A DNA stretch of 64,000 bases, taken from assembly GCA_010093705.1 (NCBI GenBank), contig MU006114.1, forward strand, positions 1 through 64,000, in the 5' to 3' direction. Both the position numbers and the translations under genes were made by a program. The DNA is from Patellaria atrata CBS 101060 (taxonomy: Eukaryota). Every line of letters starts with the position of its first letter. Position 1 is the stretch's first letter. This document shows, in pieces, positions 59,608-64,000 of the stretch. The notes beneath the pieces are model-generated. The model did not search any database. It was not told where the DNA came from and saw only the letters and a list, made by a program, of their open reading frames with translations.

Positions 59608-62600
59608 CTATGCTCCCGTAACTACTGCAAGCGCATCGTAAATTCTTCTCTTGACTGAGTAAAAGGTACCATCTGCTAATCCCTTTGTTGCACCTTCAAC
59701 CTCAATCTTGCCTGTTCCACTCTTTCTAACGGCCACAGTACTATTGATTAGAAGAATTCCCTCCCCACGAAACTCGGCGGTGAACCCAGAGGCTTGCATC
59801 AGTTTACGAAGATCTGCTAACCGCAAGTCACCCACATGCAATGGCTGTGCCACGGAACGAGTCGCTGCTGCCATGCTGGTCGGCACGACGTCAAGGACGG
59901 CGGCAAGTCCACTTGGCTCCAATGTAGCATCATCAGTGGTCTGTTCTGCTTGGTCTTCACCATTAATCATCTTCAATTTCTTTTTTTGAATGCCGTCTTC
60001 ATGGGTAATATCCTCTGGTAAAAGGGTCTCTAGTTGACCGGTTACCGCAACAACACCAAGGCCACGTACATTCTGCCAATGCAGGCTCCTCACTAAGGAT
60101 CTGCTTAATTTCACCGTCCATGCGTTTGTGTCGACACTGGCGTCCACGGTTCGCCCTAGAGTAGGAGTAAAAACATCCATCTTTAAGCCACCCGAGTCTC
60201 CAGATCCGGAAGTGGATAGATTCCGACACTCATCAGCCAAAGCTAACGTTTCTTGCTCATCACCTGCAACAATAATCATTTTGCGTGGCCGAATCAAGGG
60301 TATCAACATAAGTAAACTTCGTTTATCGTGAAGGCCGGAAAAGTCCACATATCCGACCTTGCAATAAATCTTGATGGAATCGTGAGAGACTAAGGCTTTC
60401 AATGGCCCTTGATCAGGAGTTATGAGTTCACTTTCCGATTCCTCATCAATTTCCTCATTGTCCGAGTGGCCATCTTCACTAACATTCGAAGTAGATCCAT
60501 TCTGCAGCTGTGTAGCATTATCGCTGGCTCTTCTTCGCCCATTCGGTGGACGACGGGAAGAAGAACCACCCTTCTTGGTAATCTCATCCCATTTGCGCTT
60601 TTGTCCTACGGAGTTCTGGCTTTTTGCCGCACCATTGCGCATATCTTCGCCATCTAATTCATCTCTCTCTTCGGCACGAAGATATTCCTCTGGTCGAATG
60701 CTATCACCGAAATCGTCACCCCTTCTCCGCTTGGACACATAAGGGAAAGATTTTTCACGGCCTTTCTTGCCACGAACATCGAAATCATGAACTCCTTTAC
60801 CACTCAGAAGAATTTTTACTCCCAGCTCCGCATCGCTTCGCCCTAGTTTATTGCGCGCATGCGTGAGCACATTAGAAGTGATGAGAGCTTTCCCTTGATG
60901 CTCAACGTCAGAATCTTCCGTATCAGAGGAGCTAGTAGAGGTGTTATCATCGACAACGTCAGCAGAAGTCTCAAGAGAAATGCTATTGTCTGTCTGAAAA
61001 GCATTTTGACGTTGTCGTTGTTGAGCTAGATATTGTTGATACACTGACAACTCCTCACCGATCAAGCTTGCCGTCTGGACCGACTTCACCTGGACATCTA
61101 TACCTTCTCCGCCAACTACTGAGTAATCAGGTCTTCCCGTATCACTTGTCTTAGTAGAGCTATTCTTTTGATGCCACACATCCCACAACTGTCGATCGAT
61201 ACCATAATTCGATGCGGAGGTCTGCCCGCCACGCTCCGTGAGAATTATCGCATTTCGTGGATCTAGAGCAAGCTTTCGGAGCGCCCTATTAGAGAATCCC
61301 CACTCAAGGGTGATATCGCTCGCTAGCATCACAAAGGGCTCTGGTGATGTCAATGCGCGATCGACTTTGGACTTTCGATCTAGCAATTTCAAATGTTTAA
61401 AGTCGAAGGGCACCCGAGGGCTCTCCTTGTTTGGTAAATCTTGATTAGTATTCTGTTGCTGAGAGCGGGATCGCTTGTGCTCTTGAACGTTGTGGATGGA
61501 GTCCAATTCTTGTAATCTTTTCAATAGACTTTCTTCCATCCATTCAAGCATACTTCGTGCTGACTTGATAGTTGCGCCACTACTCCTGCTTGCAAAGTAT
61601 AGTCTGATATCCTTTAAAGACCTACTCCCATTGATTGATGTGTTGTCATTTTGCCACGTCTCATCTAATAAATACGCAAGCTCTAACACGCGAGCACTCG
61701 AGTCTGAAGGGATAAGAACGGATCCACCGGCGGATATAGTCTCCTTTATCATGCGAAGTAGTTGATCATCCCGGGTTCTCCTTCCACCAGTGGGAGAAAT
61801 TCGTTGGGCTCCGCGACTACTACACACGAAAGCAGTCGGCCGCTGCAATTGCTCGATAACCTCTGCTCCACCTGAGCCGACTCCATCTAGCCAAGCTGCT
61901 TTTGATATAACATGTTCCGTGACTTGATTCCATTCCACGGCATAAACAATAGATTCAAGACCATGTAGTATATGCCAAATCGTGCCGCCTAATGTGTGTC
62001 CGGCGTTATAGGCAGTTATAGTGAGACCGTTTAGAGGAGGAGAAAAGGGCGATGCTAACGGTTGATGAGGCTGTGAGTACTGCAGTGGATGAATAAGGGA
62101 AAAGTACTCCGCGATTTCTTCTCGCGTAGGAAGTTGCAACAGGAAATTCGACGACTCTCCACTATTCCCACGAAAAGAATATGTAGTTTCAGAGAGCGTC
62201 GATTCTGGGATCACAGTAGCAGCTAATGGTGTGGATGCATAGATGTCGTCAAGCAGGGTTCTGCCTAAGGAGATAACTGGAGTCGTTGCATACACGGGAA
62301 TTCGTTTGAAGAGGGGGATATGTTTACAGCAATGTGCATATGCCCCGAGGTGGTTAAGGGTAGGATGCGTCAGTAAAATTACGGATAGTGTAGGGACATT
62401 CCTAGAATATATTAGTAGACGTAGCTAAGAATCGAGAAACGGATGAAATTGGATCGCAAATGCGATCTCTCCACAACTCACTTCTCTAATTCCTTCAATG
62501 CCGCAACATCAAATGAGCCGTCCCATCCTACATCAACGAGTATTTTGATACCACCATCAAGCTCTAAGAGCGATTGTGACGCCAAAGACGAGGACTGCGC

Positions 62601-62627
62601 ACCGAGGAGGGGGGTGAAGTTGAACAT
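59608..62627 (-). CDS. cft2: Cleavage and polyadenylation specificity factor subunit 2 (CPSF100/Cft2); intron 62402-62481
   Basis: MFNFTPLLGAQ, KILVDVGWD, degenerate MBL motif LLTHPTLNHLGA, AYNAGHTLGGTIW, PSDSSARVLEL, VDFSGLHD, LHVGDLRLADL. Confidence 0.96.
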
Positions 62628-63329
62628 CTGGGTTCAAGGTGTAATTGCTATATTCCGATGGTATTAACTGATTGACGCGACTTCATCTGGGAAAGAGACA
62701 AAGACATGTGATGGAGATGATATAGTAAGCTTAGATTCTTGAGGGGTAGATTGCGAGAGACATTCGTCGCGTTTAAGTCCCGATGACCAGCACGCACGTT
62801 GCTACTGTCACGTTTACTAGCTTGAAGCGTACTTTTGTAACTTTTAGGTTGAGCTCTTCAGGCTCTCTCGATTACTTTTTGTTCTTTTTGCAACTGTTTG
62901 CTCGCCCTGTAAATATGCCAAGCATAATATTATTCCAGCTCACGGCAAGTAGAGCCGACTACAAGTGTTGACTGCCAGTCTGCCACTTCTTCACCCTCCC
63001 TCTCCCATCCACACCTCAACCCAAGTTACTGTTATTGGTACCTTGCATTCCCCAACGTGACTGTGAGAAAATGCGGGCTCCATGCAACCTTATTATTACC
63101 TCATCATTTCACTGTTTTGGGAATTGATCTGTTGTTCTGTGGGCTGCATCGAACGTACTCTACTCTCGCTCATCGTCGTAGGCGAAATAAAGCGGGCGAA
63201 TTCAGTCAGTTCTTCAATCTTCATATTCTCCAGCTAATATTACATGCCTCAAAACGAGTTATTATGCATTCCCCTAATCATCAGTTTCTTTTACATCTAC
63301 TGTTGTGGTGTGTGGTATTACACCGTACC

Positions 63330-64000
63330 TAGCTGAGATTTTATTCTATGAGCGTTACTTCTATGTAAGACTACATTTTCATCTGTTAGCTTCAGTCGAG
63401 CAGATCACATTTTCCCTAGGAATGTTGAGCGCTCTCCTATGGGGAAGAGGCCTCATATTCATAGCTGTATCTGGTGTGTGCTTGATCGAATCCTTCAAGA
63501 CTTCGGTCTGAGCAAGCTAATAGGAGAACAGACGACAGATAGGTATCGATCCCTTTGTCGAAATCCGAACGGTGCCTACGTATATCTAAGGTCATGGATT
63601 CCGGCAGCTTAAAACTGTGTCTCAAGCGTACTTTAAGGCTTACAAAGGTAAGACCATGAGTCAAATCCGTAGTAGAGGTCCACGCAATGCTCCTCCCCTA
63701 CACCGACTGTGCAACATCTATCTCCGCCAAATAATTCGAATATGGACCACTCATTGCTGGACATGAACCCCCAAAGGGGGTCTCGTGGACATTCATTTCC
63801 CGGGACTGAAGATAGGTCGCGATCGGTCAGCTTCGATGGCGTTCAAGGCTTGGTAGCATGGTATGTTTGCCCTTTTACTTCTTATTAAGGGCATATGACC
63901 CTTCTGTGGGTAGACATTTTTACGAAATACGATCAGAGGACGGGAATCTCGAACTCTAATTGCAACTCTATTCTCCTCTCTTTGGGGTTCAGGTTAACAT
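63330..64000 (+). ncRNA. Candidate spliced non-coding transcript (or long spliced 5' leader) with structured introns, divergent from cft2
   Basis: Putative introns 63365-63531 (GTAAGA...GCTAAT...CAG) and 63648-63815 (GTAAGA...ACTGAA...TAG), with a third donor GTATGT at 63861. The exon between the first two has stops in all three frames. Confidence 0.35.

Noticed and set aside
63320..63515. TPP riboswitch or U3 snoRNA (CTGAGA, CTTGATC, GTCTGA sub-motifs)
   Set aside because: The remaining core motifs and spacing are missing (no GATAAT..CCAGCG; no clear box A/C'/C), and no thiamine gene is adjacent.

Overview
Eukaryotic DNA from a filamentous ascomycete (Pezizomycotina; Dothideomycete-like is only an inference), with short spliceosomal introns and a RIP-type AT-rich block. 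From left to right: the 5' end and intact LTR of a self-priming (Tf1/sushi-type) Ty3/Gypsy element on the minus strand; about 2.6 kb of almost pure A/T repeat relic containing a ~315-bp direct-repeat pair and a perfect 48-bp inverted repeat; a patatin-like phospholipase with a possible PP2-lectin-like C-terminal domain; a small SET-domain gene; the clock gene frq with a ~4.3-kb upstream region lacking clear genes; divergent prx1/coq1; avo2-like; divergent rpn3/spc34; an SDR; a ~27-kb leashin (Woronin body tether, ~9,000 aa, one 100-N gap in an 18-bp tandem repeat); rna15; a peroxisomal copper amine oxidase; a hypothetical gene; cft2; and a candidate spliced non-coding transcript with structured introns at the right edge. 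Gene models were built by hand from splice signals and family motifs. No database search was run.
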